In this document: piece after piece, positions 9,142-21,677 of the stretch | Layout of the letters: the number at the start of each line of letters is the position of its first letter | How positions within the stretch are numbered: position 1 is the first letter of the stretch | Virus record (IMG/VR): IMGVR_UViG_2851976983_000005 | DNA: 42,303 bases | Origin: a virus | Taxonomy: Duplodnaviria > Heunggongvirae > Uroviricota > Caudoviricetes | Reading direction: 5' to 3' (one strand) | Notes under the pieces: model-generated | Told to the model about the DNA's origin: nothing | Seen by the model: only the letters and a program-made list of their open reading frames with translations | The model's database searches: none | Translations under genes and position numbers: made by a program

Positions 9142-9438
9142 ATGCTGACGAAAGAACCATCATTTGCATCGCTGCTGGTAAAACAAAGCCCGGCAATGCA
9201 CTACGGTCACGGCTGGATCACGGGTGAGGATGGAAAACGCTGGCATCCATGTCATTCACAAGATGAATTGCTGTCTGAATTGACCACGAGGAAACGGAGA
9301 AAGTCCAAATGTATGTGGCAGAAAGTGAAGTGGTTTATCAGTTTCGTTACAGAGGGGAGAGTTATTCAGTACCTGAAGATGATTTGCTCTGTTGCTATCC
9401 GTCATTGTCGGGCGATGGCAGTTACTTTTTCACGTTAA
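9142..9438 (+). CDS. Hypothetical early protein
   Basis: ORF track 9109..9438; ATG 9142 lies just after the cII stop with GAGGTG upstream. Overlaps the next ORF out of frame, so one of the two may be spurious. Confidence 0.3.
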   Translation: MLTKEPSFASLLVKQSPAMHYGHGWITGEDGKRWHPCHSQDELLSELTTRKRRKSKCMWQKVKWFISFVTEGRVIQYLKMICSVAIRHCRAMAVTFSR

Positions 9439-9533
9439 AGGATGGGACGTTTTTACGGGGAGAGCAGGTTAAAGAGACGATACGAAAAAATGTATCTCCT
9501 CTTGAGCGTTACCGTAAGAACAAAAAACGATAG
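9309..9533 (+). CDS. Hypothetical early protein
   Basis: 74-aa ORF with GGAG 9 nt upstream of the ATG; overlaps 9142..9438. Confidence 0.3.
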   Translation: MYVAESEVVYQFRYRGESYSVPEDDLLCCYPSLSGDGSYFFTLKDGTFLRGEQVKETIRKNVSPLERYRKNKKR

Positions 9534-9555
9534 CTGCGTTTGGGGGATATGAAGT

Positions 9556-9897
9556 ATGGCAATTAATGGCGCTGCAGCAACTGTTCCATTAAGCCCCGGT
9601 GAACGCCTGAATGGACTTAATCACATTGCGGAGTTAAGGGCGAAAGTTTTTGGCCTGAATATTGAGTCAGAGCTTGAGCGGTTTATTAAAGATATGCGTG
9701 ATCCACGGGATATCAATAATGAACAAAATAAACGGGCACTGGCTGCCATATTCTTTATGGCAAAAATTCCAGCTGAACGTCATAGCATCAGCATTAATGA
9801 GCTGACCACTGACGAAAAGCGGGAGCTGATTAAAGCAATGAATCATTTTCGTGCAGTGGTGAGCTTATTTCCCAGACGGCTAACCATGCCGAATTAA
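9556..9897 (+). CDS. Hypothetical early protein
   Basis: 113-aa ORF in the early operon. Confidence 0.4.
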   Translation: MAINGAAATVPLSPGERLNGLNHIAELRAKVFGLNIESELERFIKDMRDPRDINNEQNKRALAAIFFMAKIPAERHSISINELTTDEKRELIKAMNHFRAVVSLFPRRLTMPN

Positions 9898-9964
9898 CCA
9901 ACTAATGAAATTAATGGCGTAAACCCGCCGGGCATCCCTTTATCTAAATCCAGGAGAATTGATT

Positions 9965-10198
9965 ATGCGTAATATTGAAACCATCACGACTAAAACCGGA
10001 CCGGATAATGCAGGGCTTAATATTTTACTGACAGAGGCTCGTCTGGAAGAACGCCGGGCAAGGGCTGAAGCAATGGCAGCTCGCCTTGATAGCCTGGCGT
10101 GTCATATCACATCCCGCCAACTAAACCACGTCGAAGCGGCAGAACTGCTGCGTGTGACTGCTGAAGCAATCCAGAACGAAGCGCAGGAGATCCACTGA
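9965..10198 (+). CDS. Hypothetical early protein
   Basis: ORF track 9959..10198. AGGAG precedes ATG 9965. Its stop overlaps the start of the next gene (TGATG). Confidence 0.4.
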   Translation: MRNIETITTKTGPDNAGLNILLTEARLEERRARAEAMAARLDSLACHITSRQLNHVEAAELLRVTAEAIQNEAQEIH

Positions 10199-10425
10199 TG
10201 GCTGATGCAATGGATCTCGTACAGCAGCGAGTTGAAGAAGAACGCCAACGTCATATCCGTGCTGCCCGTGCCAAAACGCCGGGCGTGTCCCGCGTGCTTT
10301 GCGTTGAGTGTGAAGCGCCAATTCCGCCAGCACGCCGCCGTGCCATTCCGGGTGTGCAGCTTTGCATTACCTGTCAGGAAATCGCAGAGCTGAAAGGCAA
10401 ACATTACAACGGAGGTGCTGTATGA
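10198..10425 (+). CDS. TraR/DksA-family C4 zinc-finger protein
   Basis: 75 aa with CVECEAPIPPARRRAIPGVQLCITCQE (C-x2-C-x17-C-x2-C). Confidence 0.6.
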   Translation: MADAMDLVQQRVEEERQRHIRAARAKTPGVSRVLCVECEAPIPPARRRAIPGVQLCITCQEIAELKGKHYNGGAV

Positions 10426-11275
10426 GCACCATCCTGAAATGGGCGGGAAATAAAACCGCCATTATGTCCGAACTGAAAAAACACCTTCCTGCTGGCCCGC
10501 GACTGGTTGAACCTTTCGCGGGTTCCTGTGCTGTGATGATGGAGACGGATTACCCCAGCTATCTGGTTGCGGATATTAATCCTGATTTAATCAACCTCTA
10601 TAAAAAGGTTGCCTCTGATTGTGAATCGTTTATATCTCGCGCCAGAGTTTTATTTGAGATCGCAAACAGGGAGGTGGCTTATTACAACATAAGGCAGGAG
10701 TTTAATTACTCCACTGAAATTACTGATTTCATGAAAGCGGTATATTTCCTGTATCTCAATCGTCACGGTTACCGTGGTTTATGTCGCTATAACAAGAGCG
10801 GACATTTCAACATTCCCTACGGTAATTATAAAAATCCGTATTTCCCTGAAAAAGAAATTCGCGCATTTGCAGAGAAAGCCCAGCGTGCAACGTTTATCTG
10901 CGCAAGCTTTGATAAAACGCTGGCGATGCTGCAGGTGGGGGATGTGGTGTATTGCGATCCGCCGTATGACGGTACGTTTTCCGGCTATCACACTGATGGT
11001 TTCACTGAAGATGACCAGTATCACCTGGCATCCGTTCTTGAACATCGGTCATCAGAAGGACATCCGGTCATTGTTTCTAACAGTGATACATCCCTGATCC
11101 GTTCGCTGTATCGCAATTTTACTCACCACTACATCAAGGCAAAACGCAGCATCGGTGTAGCAGCTGGTGAGAGTAAATCTGCAACAGAAATCATCGCTGT
11201 TTCCGGGCCGCGCTGCTGGGTGGGATTTGATCCTTCGCGTGGCGTGGATAGTTCTGCCGTGTACGGAGTGCGTGC

Positions 11276-11279
<4 letters not shown>
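10422..11279 (+). CDS. dam: DNA adenine methyltransferase (Dam family)
   Basis: ILKWAGNK N-terminus, FAGSCAVMM and DPPY motifs. Start ATG 10422 overlaps the upstream stop; its stop overlaps the repA start (ATGA). Confidence 0.8.
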
Positions 11280-15650
<4,371 letters not shown>

Positions 15651-15742
15651 TTACGCGGGTTAACAATTCGTGCTCTTAATAATACCAGGCATATCAGGCT
15701 GATGAACGTAAAAAATCGTTTTACATCAGTAAGATTATTATA

Positions 15743-15762
15743 TACTGTAAATATAAACAGTG
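15743..15762. promoter_or_regulatory. LexA (SOS) box TACTGTAAATATAAACAGTG
   Basis: Perfect CTGT-N8-ACAG core in an AT-rich spacer, located upstream of the small ORF and the dinI-like gene. Confidence 0.5.
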
Positions 15763-15803
15763 GTTATGCATACAGCATTGCGTGTGGTGTCATAGGAGGA
15801 AAG

Positions 15804-15992
15804 ATGCAGGACTATTTTTTGGAGTCTTTGAAGCTCCAGCGCATTGATTTTTTTCTTAAGCTTGTAGCGGCTAGTGAGTGTAGTGATGAAGAGAAGGGGC
15901 TGGCTCTGCAGTGGGTTTCTGAATTGACTGATGAACTCATGGCAAAAATCAGAACCCACGAATACAACCGCTCAATGGATGTCATCAGCTGA
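15804..15992 (+). CDS. Small SOS-controlled protein (possible Tum-like antirepressor N-terminal module)
   Basis: AGGAGG 6 nt upstream of ATG 15804; 62 aa. Overlaps the dinI-like frame by 60 nt in a different frame. Confidence 0.35.
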   Translation: MQDYFLESLKLQRIDFFLKLVAASECSDEEKGLALQWVSELTDELMAKIRTHEYNRSMDVIS

Positions 15993-16002
15993 GGTGACTT
16001 TT

Positions 16003-16236
16003 ATGCGCATTGAAATAATGATCGATAAAGAGCAGAAGATTAGCCAGTCTACCCTGGACGCCCTTGAATCCGAGCTTTACCGCAATCTGCGCCCCCTGTA
16101 TCCCAAAACGGTAATTCGCATTCGCAAAGGTAGCTCTAACGGTGTGGAACTGACCGGACTGCAACTGGACGAAGAAAGAAAACAAGTGATGAAAATTATG
16201 CAGAAGGTGTGGGAAGACGACAGCTGGCTGCATTAA
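16003..16236 (+). CDS. DinI-family protein
   Basis: MRIEIMIDKEQK...WEDDSWLH resembles E. coli DinI (MRIEVTIAK...WESADDWFVSE) in length and end motifs. GAGGTGA upstream of the ATG. Confidence 0.7.
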   Translation: MRIEIMIDKEQKISQSTLDALESELYRNLRPLYPKTVIRIRKGSSNGVELTGLQLDEERKQVMKIMQKVWEDDSWLH

Positions 16237-16371
16237 GAAACGTTGCTGGCGTCTGAACTTGCTTCTGGCGTCAGCAAGGTTGAACAACGAGCCCTTGCGA
16301 GGCGTTAGCTCTGTAGTGCATGTCTATGCCGCATGAGATCGCATGATCGTTTGAGGATCGTTTTTGCTAAG

Positions 16372-16396
16372 GCCCGCCAGAACTGGCGGGCTTTTG
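16372..16396 (+). terminator. Rho-independent terminator (GCCCGCCAG-AAC-TGGCGGGC-TTTTG)
   Basis: Perfect 8-bp GC-rich stem with a 3-nt loop and a T-run. Confidence 0.55.
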
Positions 16397-16440
16397 CGTA
16401 GATCATGCAGGTGCATGAAAACCACTACATAAAGCGGGCA

Positions 16441-16459
16441 GGCGTGGCGGGGATACGAG
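16441..16459. other. cos-like sequence GGCGTGGCGGGGATACGAG (resembles the P2/186 cohesive end)
   Basis: The first 13 nt match the 186-type cohesive end GGCGTGGCGGGGA as I recall it. Located between the early/replication arm and the portal side, as expected for cos. Confidence 0.3.
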
Positions 16460-16480
16460 CGCGCGCAACAGGTAAACCCC

Positions 16481-16509
16481 TAGACTTGTTAAAATATTTG
16501 TCATATAAA
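16481..16509 (+). promoter_or_regulatory. Candidate sigma70 promoter for the TIR gene (-35 TAGACT, 17-nt spacer, -10 TATAAA)
   Basis: Hexamers read from sequence; AAGGGAGG ribosome-binding site at 16525..16532 before ATG 16539. Confidence 0.35.
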
Positions 16510-16538
16510 TCAAACATCAAACCTAAGGGAGGCAGAGG

Positions 16539-17972
16539 ATGATCCAGCCAAAAGTTTTTATATCCTATAGTTGGTCAAGTAAAACTCATCAGCAACATAT
16601 CAAAGATATAGCTGAACGATTGGCGGCAGATGGAGTTGAAACTGTCATAGATATTTATGACTTGAAAGAAGGGGATGATAAAAATTATTACATGGAAAGA
16701 ATGGTTCAAGATGAAACGGTTACGCATGTTTTAGTTATTTGTGATAAAAAATACTCAGAAAAAGCCGATTTAAGAAAAGATGGTGTCGGTGTTGAGTCGA
16801 TGATAATTTCCCAAGAAATATATTCATCCGTGTCGCAGTCCAAATTTATACCATTAATATTTGAGTACAAAGATAATGGAGAGCCGTATACTCCAATCTT
16901 TCTGAAGTCTAGAATCTATATTGATTTTTCAACACCAGAAAAAGAAAATGATAATTGGGAACGTTTAATCAGGTTGCTTTATGGAAAACCAGAATTTACT
17001 AAGCCACCATTAGGTAAGCCTCCGGTTTATTTAGAGCAAGACACGTCAAAACCGACGTATGAAATTCATGCAAAATTTCAAACTTTAAAATCAGCTGTCT
17101 TAAATCAAAAGCAGACATTAAAGGATTGCAGAAGGCAATTTTTAGAGGTGTGCCGAAATTATTGTATCTCACTACAAGTCGTAACAAACCCAACTACTGA
17201 AGATTTTGCAGCGGAAGTTTTGCAAATTCATAAAGAGCTTATTGCCGTTAGGGATGCCATTACAGACTGGGTTTTACTTGAGGGTGATACGCAGGGCGAA
17301 GACTTTTCCAAAGCACTATTACAGTTTATGGAAGTAATGTTAGCGATTAGAAATCGTCCGAAAAATGTAAATTCATATAATGAAATATGGTTTTTGCCCC
17401 ATAAGATTTTTGCGTATGAAACGTTTTTATATATTTTGGCGGCTTTAATAAAAATTGAAGCTTTCCAGCATGTACATACATTACTGCATACATCTTATTT
17501 GCTACCCGATCATATAACCAGTCCGGGAATGGAGTTTGCTAATTACAGTGAGTTATATTTAAGCTCTGATTACCTTCAAAGTAAATTGTCCCCTGAAAAC
17601 TATCGACTGTATTCCCCTGTTGCTGAGTTAGTAAAGCAAAGTGCAACTAGAGATGATGTGTCTTTCGATGATTTGAAACAAGCTGATCTTGTTGCTCTTA
17701 TGATATCCTTCATTAATCCCAGTATTTTTTGGTACCCGCAAATGTTGTTGTATTCCGGGCACTATGAGAAATATCCTCTATTTACAAGAGCAATACAGCA
17801 TAGAGGATTCAAGAGTATTGCAGTTATTACCGGAATCGATGACAGTAAACTTTTGGCTCAAAAGCTGACAGAGGGTGAGGCCCAGCGAAATACTAGCAAC
17901 TGGTATCATTTCGGTTTTAATAGAGACTTTCTCAATCAAATGAATGTTAGTCGCCTAGATAGTATTGAATGA
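16539..17972 (+). CDS. TIR-domain protein (N-terminal ~140 aa) with ~330-aa C-terminal domain of unknown function; candidate anti-phage cargo
   Basis: KVFISYSWSS start, THVLVICDKKYSEKADL and GVESMIISQEI segments typical of bacterial TIR/TIR-like folds. AT-rich. Own promoter and flanking terminators. Sits between cos and the portal gene. Confidence 0.6.
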   Translation: MIQPKVFISYSWSSKTHQQHIKDIAERLAADGVETVIDIYDLKEGDDKNYYMERMVQDETVTHVLVICDKKYSEKADLRKDGVGVESMIISQEIYSSVSQSKFIPLIFEYKDNGEPYTPIFLKSRIYIDFSTPEKENDNWERLIRLLYGKPEFTKPPLGKPPVYLEQDTSKPTYEIHAKFQTLKSAVLNQKQTLKDCRRQFLEVCRNYCISLQVVTNPTTEDFAAEVLQIHKELIAVRDAITDWVLLEGDTQGEDFSKALLQFMEVMLAIRNRPKNVNSYNEIWFLPHKIFAYETFLYILAALIKIEAFQHVHTLLHTSYLLPDHITSPGMEFANYSELYLSSDYLQSKLSPENYRLYSPVAELVKQSATRDDVSFDDLKQADLVALMISFINPSIFWYPQMLLYSGHYEKYPLFTRAIQHRGFKSIAVITGIDDSKLLAQKLTEGEAQRNTSNWYHFGFNRDFLNQMNVSRLDSIE

Positions 17973-17977
17973 AAATT

Positions 17978-18003
17978 AGAGGGCGCTTTGCAAAGCGCTC
18001 TCT
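17978..18003. terminator. Near-perfect palindrome between the convergent TIR and portal genes (likely bidirectional terminator)
   Basis: gcgctttg|caaagcgc core with imperfect extension, in the 34-bp gap between the two stop codons. Confidence 0.4.
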
Positions 18004-18006
18004 GTA

Positions 18007-19047
18007 TTAGTTTTCAATATCTAAGGTGTAGGGCTCAAAGCGGATCACTTCTTCGCCCAGCCAGTCGTTAAGCTCCTGCAGTCGCTTCTGCAGCGGCATC
18101 AGCTCGTTGCGGACAAAGACGCGGCTGGCCTTTTCCACATCACCAAAGCCGCCGGTATTGTTGGGAATGATGCCCATCATCTGCGGCGGCACGCGGTGAG
18201 CAGCCATCATGTCATCACGGCTCACGTTCTTGATGTTCAGAAATTCATCCTTTGCTGCAACTTCCGACAACGGGATTATCTGGATGCCGTCCTTTTTACC
18301 GTTGGGCGAATACATAAACAGGTTGCGGAAGTTGCCCGGCCCTTTGGCGCTTTTCATTGCCTGGCGGATATTGTTCACGTCCTCCTGATTCTGTGCTGCG
18401 TCGGTCATGTACATGATGAAACCCGCGTGGCTGCCGTTGATGTAATACTTCCGGCGAAACAGCGTTGCTGACTCGTTGAGCAGGGTTGACGGGATGGCGG
18501 AGAGATAGCCGGGCAGCCCGTAAATCTCCTGATTAATATCCGGTTCCAGCAGATGAAAGATGTTGCCCTGCGTAAATTCATAGGGCTGCGTGGTCATGCC
18601 ATACTGCACAAACCAGTAGGTGTCGAGATCCACGCCGCGCCGTGTGTACTTCGCCAGTGCTGGCTCCAGCGAGAGAACGCCGCCGACCCGGTTGGTGCGC
18701 TTTTCCAGATAGGCGTTACCGAACACCAGATAATCCTGGACGAAACGGGCAAAAGCCTGCTGGCTGAGCAGGCGGTGCGGGATATAGGTACTGCTGAGAA
18801 TGTCACGCTTAACGGCAATCGGTGAGCTGTGATGCACGGCGGCGCGATAGGTCCGCGCCAGTCCGTCAAAGCTCACCGGCGGTTCATACCAGCGATCCAT
18901 CTGCACGCATTCCACGTAGTCCAGCAATTCGCGTCGGTCTAACACCGGCACCGGGTCGCCAAAGCTGAACGCCTCTGCCGCAGCACCGCCTGAATTTGCG
19001 TTGTGATATACTGCTGCGCGGTTATTCTTGTTTTTACGTTTGCTCAT
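18007..19047 (-). CDS. Portal protein (P2 gpQ homolog)
   Basis: 346 aa versus 344 aa for P2 Q as I recall it. Last gene of the leftward P-Q operon next to cos. Confidence 0.85.
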   Translation of the reverse strand: MSKRKNKNNRAAVYHNANSGGAAAEAFSFGDPVPVLDRRELLDYVECVQMDRWYEPPVSFDGLARTYRAAVHHSSPIAVKRDILSSTYIPHRLLSQQAFARFVQDYLVFGNAYLEKRTNRVGGVLSLEPALAKYTRRGVDLDTYWFVQYGMTTQPYEFTQGNIFHLLEPDINQEIYGLPGYLSAIPSTLLNESATLFRRKYYINGSHAGFIMYMTDAAQNQEDVNNIRQAMKSAKGPGNFRNLFMYSPNGKKDGIQIIPLSEVAAKDEFLNIKNVSRDDMMAAHRVPPQMMGIIPNNTGGFGDVEKASRVFVRNELMPLQKRLQELNDWLGEEVIRFEPYTLDIEN

Positions 19048-19769
19048 GCCGCCTGCTCCTTGTCAGTCTGGGGCCATTCGCACATAAACAGCATTTTCCA
19101 GTCCTCTGCTGATAACTCTTTTTTCATGTCATTAAGCCATTCATCATCAAAGAGCGCGGCTCCGGTTGCGAGCGTTGCCCCGGATGCTGCAGCGTCATCA
19201 GCGGTAAAAATCATGCTGGTTGTGCTGTTGCGGGCAATCAGCTTCTTGTATTCCCGCCATGCTTCCGGGCTGGGGCTTGGGGTGGTGTAGTAGGTAGCGT
19301 GATAGCGCGCGTGCATGGACAGGCTTTTGGCGAGCGCAATCATATTTTTCGGGGAGTCCGCCCAGGCATACTCTGACACATAGACGTTTCCATGGAGCGC
19401 GGCGGCGAGACTTTTCGGCCCGATAAAATAAATGACCGCACCGTTAGGTAGTTCCAGATGCGCTTTACCTGATTTTATTTTCCCAAGGTGTGTCCAGGTT
19501 GCGGCCTGATCTATAAAGGCTGACATATAGGTTTTGACTGTCAGGGCGGATGCCGGGGTGCAGCCAAGAAAAATCTGGTTGCGTCCGGTATGCAGTGCAT
19601 CGTTCAGGGCTTCGTAGGCGAAAAAGAAATCCGCGCCAGCCTGATGCATTTTTGTAAGCACACGGTTTCTGCTGCGTGCGCCGCTGTTCCATTCATGCTG
19701 GTAAGCAAAGAAAGGGCGATCTACAGGCAGGCTGGCGGTGGTCATGAGGTTAGTTGGGGTTGAGTGCAT
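19044..19769 (-). CDS. Terminase large-subunit ATPase-domain paralog (no nuclease domain), inserted between terminase and portal genes
   Basis: 241 aa. ADFFFAYEALNDALHTGRNQIFL and LPNGAVIYFIGP align with GATFYFAREALIDALLTGRNQIFL and LPNGATLYFLGT of the adjacent 588-aa terminase. Start overlaps the terminase stop (TGATG) and stop overlaps the portal start. Confidence 0.6.
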   Translation of the reverse strand: MHSTPTNLMTTASLPVDRPFFAYQHEWNSGARSRNRVLTKMHQAGADFFFAYEALNDALHTGRNQIFLGCTPASALTVKTYMSAFIDQAATWTHLGKIKSGKAHLELPNGAVIYFIGPKSLAAALHGNVYVSEYAWADSPKNMIALAKSLSMHARYHATYYTTPSPSPEAWREYKKLIARNSTTSMIFTADDAAASGATLATGAALFDDEWLNDMKKELSAEDWKMLFMCEWPQTDKEQAA

Positions 19770-21535
19770 CAGAAAATCTCCACAATGTTGCTGGTATTGG
19801 CGGCTTCGCCCTGCAGCGGTTCGTTAAACAGTGCGTGCATCGTTGCCCAGGCCAAATCTGCGTGGCTGGCTTCTTCGCTGCGGCTGGCTTCGTAGGTAGG
19901 TCGGTTGCCGCTGGCGGTGGTGGCCCGGCGGATAGCCATAAAGGACTGCGCAATGTCAGTGTGTCCGGCGTCAAACTCCAGACGGCGGTGGCTGATGATG
20001 TCGTAGGCCTTGAGCACCAGGGCGTTTTTGACGTTGGGGTTGTAGACAAACTCCCGCACGGCAGGAAAGAACGCTTTCACGTTCTCGTAGACACCGTGAC
20101 CGACGCCTGTCGAGTCGATGCCGATATAGGTCACGTTGTACTGCTGCGTCAGTTTTTTAATGGCGTCAGCCTGGGCGCGGAAGTCCATCCCGCGCCACTG
20201 GTGTCGCTCCAGAATGCGGAACTTGCCGCCCGGCACGGTTGGCGGTGCCACCACCACGCACCCGGCGCTGTCACCGTTCTGCGTGCCTTTCGCCGGGTCG
20301 TATCCGATCCAGACTTCGCGCCAGCCAAACGGGCGCAGGGCCAGTGCATTAAAGTCGGTCCAGACTTCCCAACTGTCCACCATGCACGCCTGCAGCTCGC
20401 TGAGCGGAAACACGGACGCGAGATCGTCCACAAACTCGCACATCAGTAGGTTCTGGTATTCGTCCGGGCTGTACTCCATGCGCAACTGGTCGAGGTCGAA
20501 CAGGTTACAGCCGCCGCGCACCGCATCTTCCACAGTGACTATCTGGCGGTACTGTCCGTCAGGGCAGAGCAGGCCGCGCGCAAGATTGCTGTGGGTCAGG
20601 TCAATATCCACCTTGTCCGCTTTGGCGCGGCCCCGGTTAAACAGCGCACCGGACCAGAACGGATAGGCACTGTGGGTCAGGCTGGACGGCGTGGAAAAGT
20701 AGGTTTGTCGCCATTTCTTGTGAATGGCCATCCCGGAGGCAACTTTGCGCAGTTCCTGGAATTTCGGTATCCAGAAATATTCATCAAGGTACAGGTTGCC
20801 GTGGTAGCTCTGCGCCGTACGGGCGTTGGTGCCGAGAAAGTACAATGTTGCGCCATTAGGTAGCACCATAGGATCGCCTTTCAGCTCCACCTCAACTTCT
20901 TTGGCAAAGTCGATGATGTACTGCTTAAAGACGTGCGCCTGTGCCTTACTGGCAGAAAGGAAAATCTGGTTACGTCCGGTAAGCAGGGCGTCAATCAGGG
21001 CTTCACGGGCAAAGTAAAAGGTCGCGCCGATCTGGCGTGACTTCAGCAGGTTGCGGATGCGGTTGGTTTTTCCGGCTTCCCACCAGTGGCGCTGGTAGTT
21101 GAACATGGAGGAATAAAAGATTTCTTCCAGCTTCTCAATCTGTTCATCGGTGAAAACGTTCTTTTCCGGCTGACGGCGCGGGCCTTTGTTGCGGTTGGCG
21201 ACGTTAGGGTTTAAGTCGGCTTCGTTGCCGCCATTGTTAAACTTGCCGATCCGCGCATGGCGCTCCGACTGGCGCGCCAGCAGGTCAATCTCTTTGAAAT
21301 CTTTCCCTTCTTTGTGCTCCTTCATAATGAGCTGGCAGTAGCGTGCGGCGGTGGTGAGCTGCATCTGATCCAGCGGCCCATAGTCACCCCACTTGTCGCG
21401 TTTTTTCCAGCTGTGAACGGTTGCAACTTTCTCGCCCAGCATTTCAGCAATGCGGGCTACGCGGTATCCCTGAAAGTACAGCAGCATGGCCTGCCGACGG
21501 GGATCGAGATCTGCGGGTGTCAGTGTGGTGTTCAT
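19769..21535 (-). CDS. Terminase large (ATPase) subunit (P2 gpP homolog)
   Basis: 588 aa versus 590 aa for P2 P as I recall it. Divergent from the scaffold/capsid operon. Confidence 0.9.
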   Translation of the reverse strand: MNTTLTPADLDPRRQAMLLYFQGYRVARIAEMLGEKVATVHSWKKRDKWGDYGPLDQMQLTTAARYCQLIMKEHKEGKDFKEIDLLARQSERHARIGKFNNGGNEADLNPNVANRNKGPRRQPEKNVFTDEQIEKLEEIFYSSMFNYQRHWWEAGKTNRIRNLLKSRQIGATFYFAREALIDALLTGRNQIFLSASKAQAHVFKQYIIDFAKEVEVELKGDPMVLPNGATLYFLGTNARTAQSYHGNLYLDEYFWIPKFQELRKVASGMAIHKKWRQTYFSTPSSLTHSAYPFWSGALFNRGRAKADKVDIDLTHSNLARGLLCPDGQYRQIVTVEDAVRGGCNLFDLDQLRMEYSPDEYQNLLMCEFVDDLASVFPLSELQACMVDSWEVWTDFNALALRPFGWREVWIGYDPAKGTQNGDSAGCVVVAPPTVPGGKFRILERHQWRGMDFRAQADAIKKLTQQYNVTYIGIDSTGVGHGVYENVKAFFPAVREFVYNPNVKNALVLKAYDIISHRRLEFDAGHTDIAQSFMAIRRATTASGNRPTYEASRSEEASHADLAWATMHALFNEPLQGEAANTSNIVEIF

Positions 21536-21581
21536 GGCACAAACCTACAGCCTTGAATGAAGGCTTTCCCCGCCTGCGGTT

Positions 21582-21599
21582 TGTGTGGTTGTCGGTACA
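21582..21599. promoter_or_regulatory. Ogr-type late-promoter activator element TGT-N12-ACA (upstream of scaffold operon)
   Basis: tgtgtggttgtcggtaca, about 80 bp upstream of ATG 21678. Confidence 0.4.
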
Positions 21600-21677
21600 A
21601 ATACCGCGCATTGTTTCACTGCCCCCATCACCGCAACCATAAGGCTCCAGTAAGTTTTTTCTAACGGAGCACGGCTC

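Noticed and set aside
16237..16300. Hairpin cttgct-N9-agcaag just after the dinI-like gene as its terminator
   Set aside because: Short 6-bp stem with a 9-nt loop and no T-tract; the much stronger terminator at 16372..16396 is the likelier 3' end.
19044..19769. Terminase paralog as a frameshifted or duplicated piece of the terminase gene (assembly artefact)
   Set aside because: The adjacent terminase is full length and already contains the homologous region; the paralog is only ~35-40% identical in protein and has precise start/stop overlaps with both neighbours.
19754..20666. Long plus-strand ORFs (231 aa and 176 aa) antisense to the terminase gene, and many similar antisense ORFs across the late region (e.g. 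22408..23070, 28379..29266, 30472..31113, 37095..38204, 39038..39849)
   Set aside because: All lie entirely inside well-supported phage genes on the opposite strand, have Arg/Ala/Ser-rich low-complexity translations typical of GC-rich antisense frames, and lack RBS or gene-order support.
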